Part shown: in pieces, positions 39,241-48,103 of the stretch
Layout: the number at the start of each line of letters is the position of its first letter
How positions within the stretch are numbered: the first letter of the stretch is position 1
Assembly (NCBI GenBank): GCA_937875495.1
Contig: CALLYA010000340.1
Location: 1 to 62,033 of the forward strand
Reading direction: 5' to 3'
DNA length: 62,033 bases
Source of the DNA: an uncultured Verrucomicrobiota bacterium
GTDB taxonomy: Bacteria; Verrucomicrobiota; CALLYA01
Notes under the pieces: model-generated
Databases searched by the model: none
The model's input: the letters and a program-made list of their open reading frames with translations, nothing else
What the model was told of the DNA's origin: nothing
Made by a program: the position numbers and the translations under genes

Positions 39241-40014
39241 TTATTGTGCGTCCTGCCGCGGGGCTCCGCCCCCACGCTGCTGACCACCCCTACCGGGACG
39301 ATTCCCGCCACGACCGCCACCACCCTTGGGACCACGGCCGCCACGACCACCCGTTTGGGGCCTGCGACCGCGAACCGCCATGGTCGAGTCCTGGCCGCGC
39401 TCACGACAGATCCAAACTTTGACGCCGATCTTGCCATAGACCGTCCCCGCCTCGGCAAAGCCATAGTCGATGTTGGCATCCAACGTCTGGAGCGGCACCT
39501 TACCCTCACGGTAGCTTTCGATCCGTCCGAGCTCAGCACCGCCGAGACGGCCGCCGGCCTGGATCCGCATACCGAGAGCACCAAAGTCCATCGTCGTGCT
39601 CAGCGCCTTCTTCATCGCACGTCGGAAGCTGACACGGCGCTCCAATTGGATCGCTACGTTTTCAGCCACCAGCTGCGCGTCGAGCTCCGGAGTCTTCACT
39701 TCCAAAATGTCCAAGAAGACCTCACGCCCAGTCGCCAGGGAGAGCTCGGCCCGAAGCTTGTCGATGTCAGCGCCTTTTCTCCCGATCACGATCCCGGGGC
39801 GAGCGGTGAAAATCGTCACCCGGATCCGGTTGGAGGCGCGCTCAATGTTGACCCTCGGCACCGCCGCAAACTGCAACCGCTGCTTGATGATCTTGCGGAT
39901 CGTCAGGTCCTCGTGCAGCAGGGTTCCATAATCGCGCTTGTTCGCATACCACCTGGACGACCAGTCCTTCTTCACTGTCGTCCGAAATCCAATTGGATTG
40001 ACCTTCTGGCCCAA
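39241..40014 (-). CDS. rpsC: 30S ribosomal protein S3 with Arg/Gly-rich C-terminal tail
   Basis: [12 protein letters not shown]-terminus and KH domain. The last ~50 aa are RGG-rich ([23 protein letters not shown]). Confidence 0.95.
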   Translation of the reverse strand: MGQKVNPIGFRTTVKKDWSSRWYANKRDYGTLLHEDLTIRKIIKQRLQFAAVPRVNIERASNRIRVTIFTARPGIVIGRKGADIDKLRAELSLATGREVFLDILEVKTPELDAQLVAENVAIQLERRVSFRRAMKKALSTTMDFGALGMRIQAGGRLGGAELGRIESYREGKVPLQTLDANIDYGFAEAGTVYGKIGVKVWICRERGQDSTMAVRGRRPQTGGRGGRGPKGGGGRGGNRPGRGGQQRGGGAPRQDAQ

Positions 40015-40032
40015 GGTTAGCCTCCTTTGCCC

Positions 40033-40374
40033 TTAGCGGGGCTCCGTGTCCGTCAGCACAATTCGGATGTGACTCGTTCGCTTCAGGACCGGACCCGCCA
40101 TACCGCGGGCCTTTGCCTGGAACCGTTTCAATGCGGGGCCACTCCCGACCATCGCCTCTTTTACCCACAGGCTGGACGGTTCGATCTCGTGGTTGTTTTC
40201 CGCATTCGCCATCGCGGAGCGGACGGTCCGTCCAATGAAGCGGCTCGCCTTCCGCGGAGAAAATTTCATCAAATCCAAGGCCTGCTGCGCCGGCAGCCCA
40301 CGGATCAAATGAATTACAGACCCTACCTTTTGCGGGCTGATCCGCACATATTTGGTCGTTGCTACGACATCCAT
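40033..40374 (-). CDS. rplV: 50S ribosomal protein L22
   Basis: Start trimmed to ATG 40374 (MDVVATTKYVRISPQKV). 113 aa. Confidence 0.93.
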   Translation of the reverse strand: MDVVATTKYVRISPQKVGSVIHLIRGLPAQQALDLMKFSPRKASRFIGRTVRSAMANAENNHEIEPSSLWVKEAMVGSGPALKRFQAKARGMAGPVLKRTSHIRIVLTDTEPR

Positions 40375-40471
40375 TGTTCCGTTACTCCACCGAGGAAATC
40401 CCCGTTTGCATCCGCCTGGCGGCGATTCCTTGGTTACGATAAAGTGTTTGCGTGAGCTGGCGGCCGTTTCC

Positions 40472-41437
40472 TCAAGGGATCCGAACCGTGTCTCCCACCC
40501 GGGGCTCTCCCTCTGAACCTTCCGTCGGTTCCAGCAGCGCTCCGGCCACATGTTCCCGTAAATCGACAATGCGCGCACCGACAATGGTGCGCCCATCCCG
40601 CTCCACGGTGATTAGGGCTCCGAGGACCAATCCGCGATCCCTTCCACCCTGAATTCCGATCAGACCGAGCTCCGGACTGAAGGATAAAACTCGCATTGGA
40701 GATGCATCAGCCGCTTCCGACTGCTGCATCCTGAAAGGCGCCCGGCTCAGAGCCAACTCAATCTCTTGAGCCAGCTCAGGTCCCGTCGAGGTCCGATCGA
40801 TTTGCGCTAGCAGACCCCCAAGACGCTCACTGCGTTGACGTTCTTGATCCAGCAACTCCAAGGCCGTGATCAGCTGGCTCTGAATTTCATCCACCCCCCT
40901 GCCGAATTCCACCGCCAGGGCGAGCGTCTGCCTCCGAAGCTCAGCCTCTCGAAACTGCTCCCGGTACCGCTCGGCCAATCGATTCGATCGATTGAGCGAG
41001 GCGGTGACCTCTTCAAGTCGTGCCTGAAGTCGTCCGTTCTCCTCTTTCAAGGTAGACGCAACACTAGCCTCTCCCTTGCAGTCCTGCAACTCACGCTGAA
41101 AAGTAAGTTTTTCACCCACCTCCCGCTGGAGGCGAATCTCCATCTCCAGCAGTTGCTCCTGCAGCGAGGCATTCGTCCCTTCAAGCGCAGCAATCTTAGC
41201 CCTAAGTCCCGTTATGGTCGTTTGTAATGACCGTTCAAGGCTTGCCCATTGCGCCATCAATGCGTCGATGAAACCTTCCGCAAAGGTGTGGGTGGAGTCC
41301 TGAAATTTTTCTTCCTCCACCGCCTTTGAGGGCGTGTGCGTCACGGCCACCCACAAGATCCCAATGAACAGGATTTTAGCCCCTGTCGATCTTCGCAGGC
41401 CCCTGCCGGTTCGAAGACGATACACATCCCTTGCCAT
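40472..41437 (-). CDS. membrane-anchored coiled-coil protein with small C-terminal beta-rich domain (family unassigned), embedded in the S10 operon
   Basis: The 321-aa ORF exactly fills the 1.1-kb rpsS-rplV gap on the same strand. It has a hydrophobic span AKILFIGILWVAVT, ~180 aa of E/R/L/Q-rich heptad-like sequence and a Gly/Val-rich C-terminus. Confidence 0.65.
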   Translation of the reverse strand: MARDVYRLRTGRGLRRSTGAKILFIGILWVAVTHTPSKAVEEEKFQDSTHTFAEGFIDALMAQWASLERSLQTTITGLRAKIAALEGTNASLQEQLLEMEIRLQREVGEKLTFQRELQDCKGEASVASTLKEENGRLQARLEEVTASLNRSNRLAERYREQFREAELRRQTLALAVEFGRGVDEIQSQLITALELLDQERQRSERLGGLLAQIDRTSTGPELAQEIELALSRAPFRMQQSEAADASPMRVLSFSPELGLIGIQGGRDRGLVLGALITVERDGRTIVGARIVDLREHVAGALLEPTEGSEGEPRVGDTVRIP

Positions 41438-41490
41438 CGCTCGACCTTACCCGCGGACCTGCCGCTGCAGGCCACCACGGTTCAATGCCA

Positions 41491-41769
41491 TTATTTGCTG
41501 ACTCGCTCGGTCGCAGCTCCATGCCTACGGAAACTTCGCGTCGGGGCGAACTCGCCAAGGCGATGTCCGACCATGTTTTCAGTGACGAAAACAGTCACGA
41601 AGGCTTTGCCGTTGTGCACGTTGAAGGTGTGTCCAACGAAGTCAGGAAGGATCATGGAACGCCTGCTCCATGTCCGAATCGGGCGTTTTTGCCCGGAGTT
41701 GTCCATGCGGACGATCTTGCGCATCAAGGACTCGTCAACAAACGGTCCCTTCTTAATGGATCTGGCCAA
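41491..41769 (-). CDS. rpsS: 30S ribosomal protein S19
   Basis: [25 protein letters not shown] pattern. Confidence 0.96.
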   Translation of the reverse strand: MARSIKKGPFVDESLMRKIVRMDNSGQKRPIRTWSRRSMILPDFVGHTFNVHNGKAFVTVFVTENMVGHRLGEFAPTRSFRRHGAATERVSK

Positions 41770-41772
41770 TGG

Positions 41773-42597
41773 TTACTTCCTCCGCTTCACAATGAACTTG
41801 TTTGAGGGCTTGCTCCGCTTGCGCGTCTTCTTGCCCTTGGTTTGCCAACCCCACGGGCTGACCGGATGGCCACCACCGCTGGAGCGTCCTTCGCCTCCAC
41901 CCATTGGATGGTCGACTGGATTCATCGCCACGCCGCGGACGTGTGGCCGGCGACCAAGCCAACGCTTCTTCCCCGCCTTGCCCAATTTCACGTTGGCATG
42001 GTCAGGGTTGCTGACCTGCCCGATCGTCGCGCAATTGGCGATGTGGACGAGACGAATCTCGCCGGAAGGTAGGCGCAGGGTCGCATATTGGCCATCGCGC
42101 GCCATCAGCTGAGCTGAATTTCCGGCACCGCGACAAAGCTGGCCGCCACGACCACGCTGCAATTCGATGTTGTGGACCATCAAACCGAGCGGAATCTTGC
42201 CGATCGGAAGGCAATTGCCGATCTCAGGCTCCGCCTCCGGACCGCTCATCACCGTGGCGCCGACCTTGATTCCGTTCGGTGCAAGCATGTACCGCTTTTC
42301 ACCGTCGGCGTAGTGCAGAAGCGCGATTCGAGCAGAACGATTCGGATCGTACTCAATGGTCGCTACCTTGGCCGGCACACCATCTTTGTTCCGCTTGAAA
42401 TCGATAACCCGGTACCGGCGCTTGTTGCCGCCGCCCCGGAATCGTGTGGTGATGCGGCCGCTGGAATTGCGGCCGCCAGTGCTGTGCTTCACCTTGACCA
42501 GCGGCTTGTGCGGCTTCTCGGTCGTCAGGTCCGCGCCCGAGACCATCGTCGTGCCACGCCGGCTGGGTGTCGTCGGTCGAAAATTTCTGATTGCCAT
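41773..42597 (-). CDS. rplB: 50S ribosomal protein L2
   Basis: Start trimmed to ATG 42597 ([15 protein letters not shown]). Contains the GGGEGR motif region. Confidence 0.95.
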   Translation of the reverse strand: MAIRNFRPTTPSRRGTTMVSGADLTTEKPHKPLVKVKHSTGGRNSSGRITTRFRGGGNKRRYRVIDFKRNKDGVPAKVATIEYDPNRSARIALLHYADGEKRYMLAPNGIKVGATVMSGPEAEPEIGNCLPIGKIPLGLMVHNIELQRGRGGQLCRGAGNSAQLMARDGQYATLRLPSGEIRLVHIANCATIGQVSNPDHANVKLGKAGKKRWLGRRPHVRGVAMNPVDHPMGGGEGRSSGGGHPVSPWGWQTKGKKTRKRSKPSNKFIVKRRK

Positions 42598-42626
42598 GGA
42601 TCTTCTCTCCGTCGGCCGTGTCGGCC

Positions 42627-42911
42627 TTACAACAGGTCGATGGTGAACCCTTCTTCCAGAGTGACCACCGCCTTCTTCCAATCCGCACGCTTCCCATATT
42701 GCCACCGCCGGTTCCGCTTCCGCTTCCCCTTGCGATTCATCGTATTGACGGAAACGACCTTGACGTCGAAGATCTTTTCGACGGCCTGACGGACCTCAAT
42801 CTTGTTTGCATCCGGCGAGATGGAGAATGCGTACTGATTGTTCAAGGTTTGCAGCTTGGTGCCTTTCTCCGTCACCAGCAATGTCTTGATCACGGAATAG
42901 GGGTCTTTCAT
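42627..42911 (-). CDS. rplW: 50S ribosomal protein L23
   Basis: [38 protein letters not shown] pattern. Confidence 0.94.
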   Translation of the reverse strand: MKDPYSVIKTLLVTEKGTKLQTLNNQYAFSISPDANKIEVRQAVEKIFDVKVVSVNTMNRKGKRKRNRRWQYGKRADWKKAVVTLEEGFTIDLL

Positions 42912-43603
42912 TCACCCTCCTCCTGCCCAGCTTCAGAGGCCGATCCGCCGACGCCCGACTCCACTTCGGAGACTTCGGTACCGAGTCGCACAGCAAGCGC
43001 GTCCAGTCCCGCACGGGTGATCAAGATCTGCCGAGCCTTTAAGATTTGATACACATTCACATTGCGCGCTTCAGAGGTCTCCACGCCGGCAATGTTCCGT
43101 GTGGAGAGCAGGAAATTGACGCCGGCCTCATCCACGATAATCAACAGGGGACGGGCGTTGAGACCGAGCTGATTGATCAGATCAATGGCCAGTTTGGTCT
43201 TTGCCTGCTGCAACTCGAAATCGGCAACTACGGAAATATTCCCAGCGTTCCACTGCGTGGCGAAGGCCCGCTGAAAAGCCAGGCGCCTCACCTGCTTAGG
43301 CAGGTTCTTCCTGTAATCCCGCGGCTTCGGACCGAATGCAATTCCACCATGGCGATACTGATTAGCACGCGTGCTTCCCTGGCGTGCTCGGCCGGTTCCT
43401 TTTTGCCGATAGGGCTTCCGACCTCCACCGGAGACCTCGCCCCGGGTAAGGCTGCTGGAGTTTCCCTGCCGTTGATTCGCGTGGTACGCGACAACAGCCT
43501 CGTGCACCGCCTGCTCGCCCTTGGCCTCAGCCGGAACCAAGCCACCCAGAGTCACCTGGCCGGTGGTTGCACCTTTTTTGTCGGTGACTTTTACCGTACT
43601 CAT
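42908..43603 (-). CDS. rplD: 50S ribosomal protein L4 (acidic C-terminal extension)
   Basis: GGGRKPYRQKGTGRARQGS motif. 4-nt overlap with rplW. Confidence 0.94.
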   Translation of the reverse strand: MSTVKVTDKKGATTGQVTLGGLVPAEAKGEQAVHEAVVAYHANQRQGNSSSLTRGEVSGGGRKPYRQKGTGRARQGSTRANQYRHGGIAFGPKPRDYRKNLPKQVRRLAFQRAFATQWNAGNISVVADFELQQAKTKLAIDLINQLGLNARPLLIIVDEAGVNFLLSTRNIAGVETSEARNVNVYQILKARQILITRAGLDALAVRLGTEVSEVESGVGGSASEAGQEEGE

Positions 43604-43637
43604 TGGTCGCTCCTCTTAAAATATCTGTTGGGCCAAC

Positions 43638-44267
43638 CTATTTCTGAGCCTTGACGGCGCAACGAATCTTGACCAAACCCCCGTTGGGGCCCGGTATACC
43701 ACCGCGAATCAGAAGCAGATGATCCTCGGGACGTACCTCGACAACCTCCAGATTCTGGACGGTGACGTTGTCGAACCCGGTCTGACCACCCATCTTGATT
43801 CCCTTCATCACACGGGAAGGGTCCGCAGCCATTCCGATAGAGCCAGGCCGACGCCAGGTCTGTGAACCATGGGTCTTCGGTCCGCCGGCGAAATGGTGGC
43901 GCTTGATGACGCCCTGAAATCCCTTACCCTTGGATCGGGCCGACACGTCGACCTTCTGCCCCTGCTCAAAAATGGCGACCGTGACCTCTGACCCGACCTC
44001 GGGGAGATCACCGTCCACCGGAAATTCTACTATATGCCTTTGCGGAGCTGCCCCCGCCTTTGCGAAATGTCCGACGAGAGGCTTGGTCATACGCTGCGGC
44101 TTCTGCGGCCCAAACCCAAGCTGAACGGCGCTGTAGCCGTCCTTCTCTTGGGTCTTTTGCTGCACCACAACGCAAGGCCCAGCCTGAATAACCGTGACCG
44201 GGATCAACGCCCCTTCGGGGCTGTAAATCTGGGTCATCCCGATTTTTTTGCCTAGGATCCCTTGCAT
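43638..44267 (-). CDS. rplC: 50S ribosomal protein L3
   Basis: MQGILGKKIGMTQIY at ATG 44267 (the ORF-track start 44270 is TTG). Confidence 0.95.
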   Translation of the reverse strand: MQGILGKKIGMTQIYSPEGALIPVTVIQAGPCVVVQQKTQEKDGYSAVQLGFGPQKPQRMTKPLVGHFAKAGAAPQRHIVEFPVDGDLPEVGSEVTVAIFEQGQKVDVSARSKGKGFQGVIKRHHFAGGPKTHGSQTWRRPGSIGMAADPSRVMKGIKMGGQTGFDNVTVQNLEVVEVRPEDHLLLIRGGIPGPNGGLVKIRCAVKAQK

Positions 44268-44283
44268 CAAATAATCCCCCTGC

Positions 44284-44592
44284 TCAGATCTTGATCGTAA
44301 TATCCACCCCTGCGGGCAGATTGAGCTTCTTCAACTCATCCACGGTCTTGGCCGTCGGATTGACGATGTCCAACAACCGCTTGTGAGTCCGGATCTCAAA
44401 TTGCTCCATCGACTTTTTGTCGACGTGTGGCGAACGGTTGACGCTGTAGCGCTCAATCTTCGTGGGGAGGGGAATTGGACCTGCTACCTGCGCCCCCGTG
44501 CGTTTGGCAGTCTCGACGATTTCACCCGCCGACTGGTCCAAGATCCGGTAATCATACGCCTTCAGCCGGATTCGGATGCGTTGCCCGTCCAT
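44284..44592 (-). CDS. rpsJ: 30S ribosomal protein S10
   Basis: [29 protein letters not shown] pattern. Only 17 nt downstream of fusA. Confidence 0.96.
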   Translation of the reverse strand: MDGQRIRIRLKAYDYRILDQSAGEIVETAKRTGAQVAGPIPLPTKIERYSVNRSPHVDKKSMEQFEIRTHKRLLDIVNPTAKTVDELKKLNLPAGVDITIKI

Positions 44593-44609
44593 CGCGCTTC
44601 TCCTTGCTA

Positions 44610-46748
44610 CTAAATGTCGAGAATTTTCTTCTGCAGTTCGCTCGGAACCTGCTCGAAGTGCTTCGGTTCCATGGTATAGCTTCCTCGCCCACTGGTGAGC
44701 GAACGCAGCTCCGTCGCATAGCCGAACATCTCGGCCAGCGGCACATCGGCCCGCACGACCGTTGAGCCATTGTTTCGGGTCTCCATCTCCCGGACTCGGC
44801 CACGCCGAGAGTTCAGGTCGCCGATAACCGAACCCATGAACTCCTCCGGACAGAAAACCTCAACCGACATGACGGGCTCCTGAAGCACCGGCTTTGCACG
44901 CCGGATCGCCTCGCGGAGTGCCATTCCGCCGGCCAATGAAAATGCCATTTCGGAGCTGTCCACTGCATGGAACGATCCATCCAGCAGCTCCACCTTGAGA
45001 TCCACCATCGGGAATCCCGCCAGCACACCGGTCGTCGCAGCCTCGCGAACGCCCTTCTCCACTGCGGGAATGTACTCCTTGGGGATATTGCCCTGGCGAA
45101 CCAGGTTATCAAATGTGATTCCGCCGCCCGCTGCCACCGGATGCACCGCCAGTATGACGTGCGCGTACTGCCCACGACCACCGCTCTGCTTGACGAATTT
45201 GATTTCCGCCTCGCTGCTCGCGGTGATGGCTTCCCTGTACGCCACCTGGGGTCTCCCGACATTTGCGTCGACCTTGAATTCCCGGAACATCCGATCTTTG
45301 ATGATCTCGAGATGGAGTTCACCCATGCCCGCGATGATTGTCTGCCCGGTCTCCTCATTTGTGGAGATGCGGAAAGTCGGATCTTCTTCAGCCAAACGCA
45401 AGAGCGATTCTTGCAATCGATCACGATCGGCCTTTGTTTTCGGCTCCACCGCCATCGCGATGACCGGTTCAGGGAAGGTGATCGTCTCAAAAACAATCGG
45501 TTTGTCCACCGCGCAGATCGTGTCACCGGTCGTGATGTTTTTCGGTCCGATGATCGCCGCGATGTCCCCGGAATAGATGACGTCACGCTCCTCGCGCGAT
45601 GCGGCATGCATTTGGAGCAATCGCCCGATCCGCTCCCGGCGCCCGGTGCGGGTGTTAACCACTTGGTCCCCGCGGGCGATGCGTCCGCTGTAAATCCGGA
45701 TAAAGACCAATTTGCCCACGTGCGGATCACTCAAAATCTTGAACGCGAACCCTGAAAACGGCGCGAAGTCATCCGCCGGTCGGGAAATCAACTCCTCCGT
45801 CTTGGGATGGATTCCGGTCACATCCGGCAAATCCAACGGGGAGGGCATATATTCCACGACCGCATCCAGCAGCGGCTGAATACCGCGGTTTTTGAAGGCG
45901 GATCCACAGACAACCGGAACGGCCTGGTTGGCGAGCGTCACCCGGCGGATTGCGGACCGCAACCGCGCCACCGTGATCGGGGTTCCGGCCACATACGCCT
46001 CCATGACGACGTCGTCGAGCTCGGCCAACTCCTCCATCATCAGCTCGCGCTGGTGCGCGGCCTCCTCCATCAGATCCGCCGGGATTTCCTCGGTCCGATA
46101 GGTCGCACCCAGCTCTTCGCCGTCCCAATAGAGCGCCTTCATCTCCAAGAGGTCGATGACCCCTCGGAAGGTATCCTCCGAGCCGATCGGCATCTGGATG
46201 GGAATCACATTGGCGCCGAGGCGCTGGCGCATCTGCTTGACCACACCGTAAAAATCGGATCCTACGCGATCCATCTTGTTGATGAATCCAATCCTGGGGA
46301 CATGATATTTGTCCGCCTGCCGCCAAACCGTCTCCGACTGGGGCTGAACACCGCCCACGGAACAGAACACCGCAACCGCCCCGTCCAGCACGCGCAGAGA
46401 ACGCTCGACCTCTACCGTGAAGTCGACGTGGCCAGGTGTATCGATGATGTTGACGCGATGCTCCTTCCAAAAGCAGGTCGTGGCCGCGGAAGTGATCGTG
46501 ATTCCGCGCTCCTGCTCCTGCTCCATGTAGTCCATCGTCGCGCTGCCCTCATGCACCTCACCGATCTTGTAGGTCCGTCCGGTGTAGTAAAGCACACGCT
46601 CCGTCGTCGTCGTCTTGCCGGCATCGATGTGCGCCATGATACCGATGTTTCTGGTCCGCTCCAGGGGTACCATTCGACCAGGATCCGATCGACCCGCGGG
46701 GTTTGCTGACTCACCTGTGTGACCTGTCCGTTCCATTACCGTTTCCAT
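44610..46748 (-). CDS. fusA: elongation factor G
   Basis: G domain [27 protein letters not shown]. Start set to ATG 46748 behind AGGAG. This gives a ~25-aa N-terminal extension before the usual PLERTRNIG. Confidence 0.93.
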   Translation of the reverse strand: METVMERTGHTGESANPAGRSDPGRMVPLERTRNIGIMAHIDAGKTTTTERVLYYTGRTYKIGEVHEGSATMDYMEQEQERGITITSAATTCFWKEHRVNIIDTPGHVDFTVEVERSLRVLDGAVAVFCSVGGVQPQSETVWRQADKYHVPRIGFINKMDRVGSDFYGVVKQMRQRLGANVIPIQMPIGSEDTFRGVIDLLEMKALYWDGEELGATYRTEEIPADLMEEAAHQRELMMEELAELDDVVMEAYVAGTPITVARLRSAIRRVTLANQAVPVVCGSAFKNRGIQPLLDAVVEYMPSPLDLPDVTGIHPKTEELISRPADDFAPFSGFAFKILSDPHVGKLVFIRIYSGRIARGDQVVNTRTGRRERIGRLLQMHAASREERDVIYSGDIAAIIGPKNITTGDTICAVDKPIVFETITFPEPVIAMAVEPKTKADRDRLQESLLRLAEEDPTFRISTNEETGQTIIAGMGELHLEIIKDRMFREFKVDANVGRPQVAYREAITASSEAEIKFVKQSGGRGQYAHVILAVHPVAAGGGITFDNLVRQGNIPKEYIPAVEKGVREAATTGVLAGFPMVDLKVELLDGSFHAVDSSEMAFSLAGGMALREAIRRAKPVLQEPVMSVEVFCPEEFMGSVIGDLNSRRGRVREMETRNNGSTVVRADVPLAEMFGYATELRSLTSGRGSYTMEPKHFEQVPSELQKKILDI

Positions 46749-46877
46749 TCCGTACTCCTGAAATGCTACGAGTGGGTGATGCGATGCGTTCGGGTGAATG
46801 CACACCGCAGTGCCTTGTGCGTTACGGCGGCTCCCCACTTGATGCTCCCTTTCAGGCGCCACCCGCTCATAACGAAT

Positions 46878-46907
46878 GGAAAGACAGGGGCGAACCCCTG
46901 TCTTTCC
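46878..46907 (-). terminator. perfect 13-bp hairpin between rpsG and fusA (attenuator or stabiliser; weak U tract)
   Basis: On the minus strand: GGAAAGACAGGGG-TTCG-CCCCTGTCTTTCC followed by ATTCGTTAT. Confidence 0.4.
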
Positions 46908-46930
46908 GGTCGATCGATTCCGCCAGCCTC

Positions 46931-47401
46931 TTACCAGCGGTAGTGCGCAAAGGCCTTGTTGGCCTGCGCCATTTTGTGCGTATCGTCGCGACGCTTGATA
47001 CAGGATCCCTGACCCTGCGATGCGTCCAAGATCTCGGCGGCCATGGCAGGCGCAAGACCCATTCCGCGACGGCCGCTCGAAAACATAATCAACCACCGAA
47101 ACGTCAATGCCAGCTGACGGTCCGAGGAGACCTCGATCGGCACCTGGTAGGTCGCACCACCCACGCGCCGGCTCTTCACCTCAAGGCGAGGCCGAATATT
47201 GTCGACCGCCGAGTTGAAGACCTCCAGAGCAGGCTTACCCGAACGCTCTTCCACGATCTGGAAGGCGTCGTAGACGACCTTCTGCGCCGTCGACTTTTTG
47301 CCGCAACGCATCACCTGGTTGATGAGTCTTCCAACCTGTTCATTGTTGAACCGCGAGTCCCGTGGCCGGGGCCGCTTAACCGCTCTTCTTCGACGAGCCA
47401 T
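46931..47401 (-). CDS. rpsG: 30S ribosomal protein S7
   Basis: Start trimmed to ATG 47401 ([18 protein letters not shown]). C-terminus AFAHYRW. Confidence 0.95.
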   Translation of the reverse strand: MARRRRAVKRPRPRDSRFNNEQVGRLINQVMRCGKKSTAQKVVYDAFQIVEERSGKPALEVFNSAVDNIRPRLEVKSRRVGGATYQVPIEVSSDRQLALTFRWLIMFSSGRRGMGLAPAMAAEILDASQGQGSCIKRRDDTHKMAQANKAFAHYRW

Positions 47402-47624
47402 GCTCCCACGATCCCTTCTGGAAAGTGTAATCGGGTGGATGTTCCCGTGCATTTCGGCGGAGTTGCCAGCCCCCCGGCCTTCGCGGGATTCCCGGCTTGT
47501 ACTTCCGCCTGTTTCCGTGTCGCCACAGCAAACCTGCTTGCTGGGCCATCCTGAAAATGTTAGATCGCTGGACGGCAGCCCGCACACTGGGCACAGCCAC
47601 CGGATCCCGCGGCCTTCAAAGTTC

Positions 47625-47996
47625 CTACTTCGGACGCTTGGCCCCGTACTTGGAGCGACCGGCCCGGCGCTTTTCCACGCCGAGAGAGTCCAGAGTCCCA
47701 CGTACGATATGGTAGCGAACACCCGGAAGGTCTTTCACGCGACCGCCGCGTACCAAGACAATGGAGTGCTCCTGTAAGTTGTGCCCCTCACCAGGAATGT
47801 AGGCGGAGACCTCAATCCCATTGGTCAGGCGGACACGTGCAATCTTCCGCAAAGCCGAGTTCGGCTTTTTCGGAGTCTGGGTCTTCACCTGCAGGCAAAC
47901 CCCTCGCCGTTGCGGGCAGTTGGAGAGCGCCGGAGATTTCGAACTCTTTTCAACTTTCTTCCGTCCTTTTCGGACGAGCTGATTAATCGTTGGCAT
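47625..47996 (-). CDS. rpsL: 30S ribosomal protein S12
   Basis: [14 protein letters not shown] at ATG 47996. [10 protein letters not shown] motif. Confidence 0.96.
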   Translation of the reverse strand: MPTINQLVRKGRKKVEKSSKSPALSNCPQRRGVCLQVKTQTPKKPNSALRKIARVRLTNGIEVSAYIPGEGHNLQEHSIVLVRGGRVKDLPGVRYHIVRGTLDSLGVEKRRAGRSKYGAKRPK

Positions 47997-48046
47997 CAAT
48001 CTTCTTCCAATTAAGTGGGTTCAGCCTCTAATGGAGGTGAACGTTT

Positions 48047-48075
48047 ATTTTACGAAGGTGTCACCCAATCTGCAA
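48047..48075 (-). promoter_or_regulatory. candidate internal promoter ahead of rpsL (TTGCAG-N17-TAAAAT)
   Basis: On the minus strand, -35 = 48075-48070 and -10 = 48052-48047, within the 104-nt rpoC-rpsL spacer. The -35 is weak. Confidence 0.35.
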
Positions 48076-48103
48076 GCAGAATTTCATCTTCTGAGAAGTT
48101 GGT

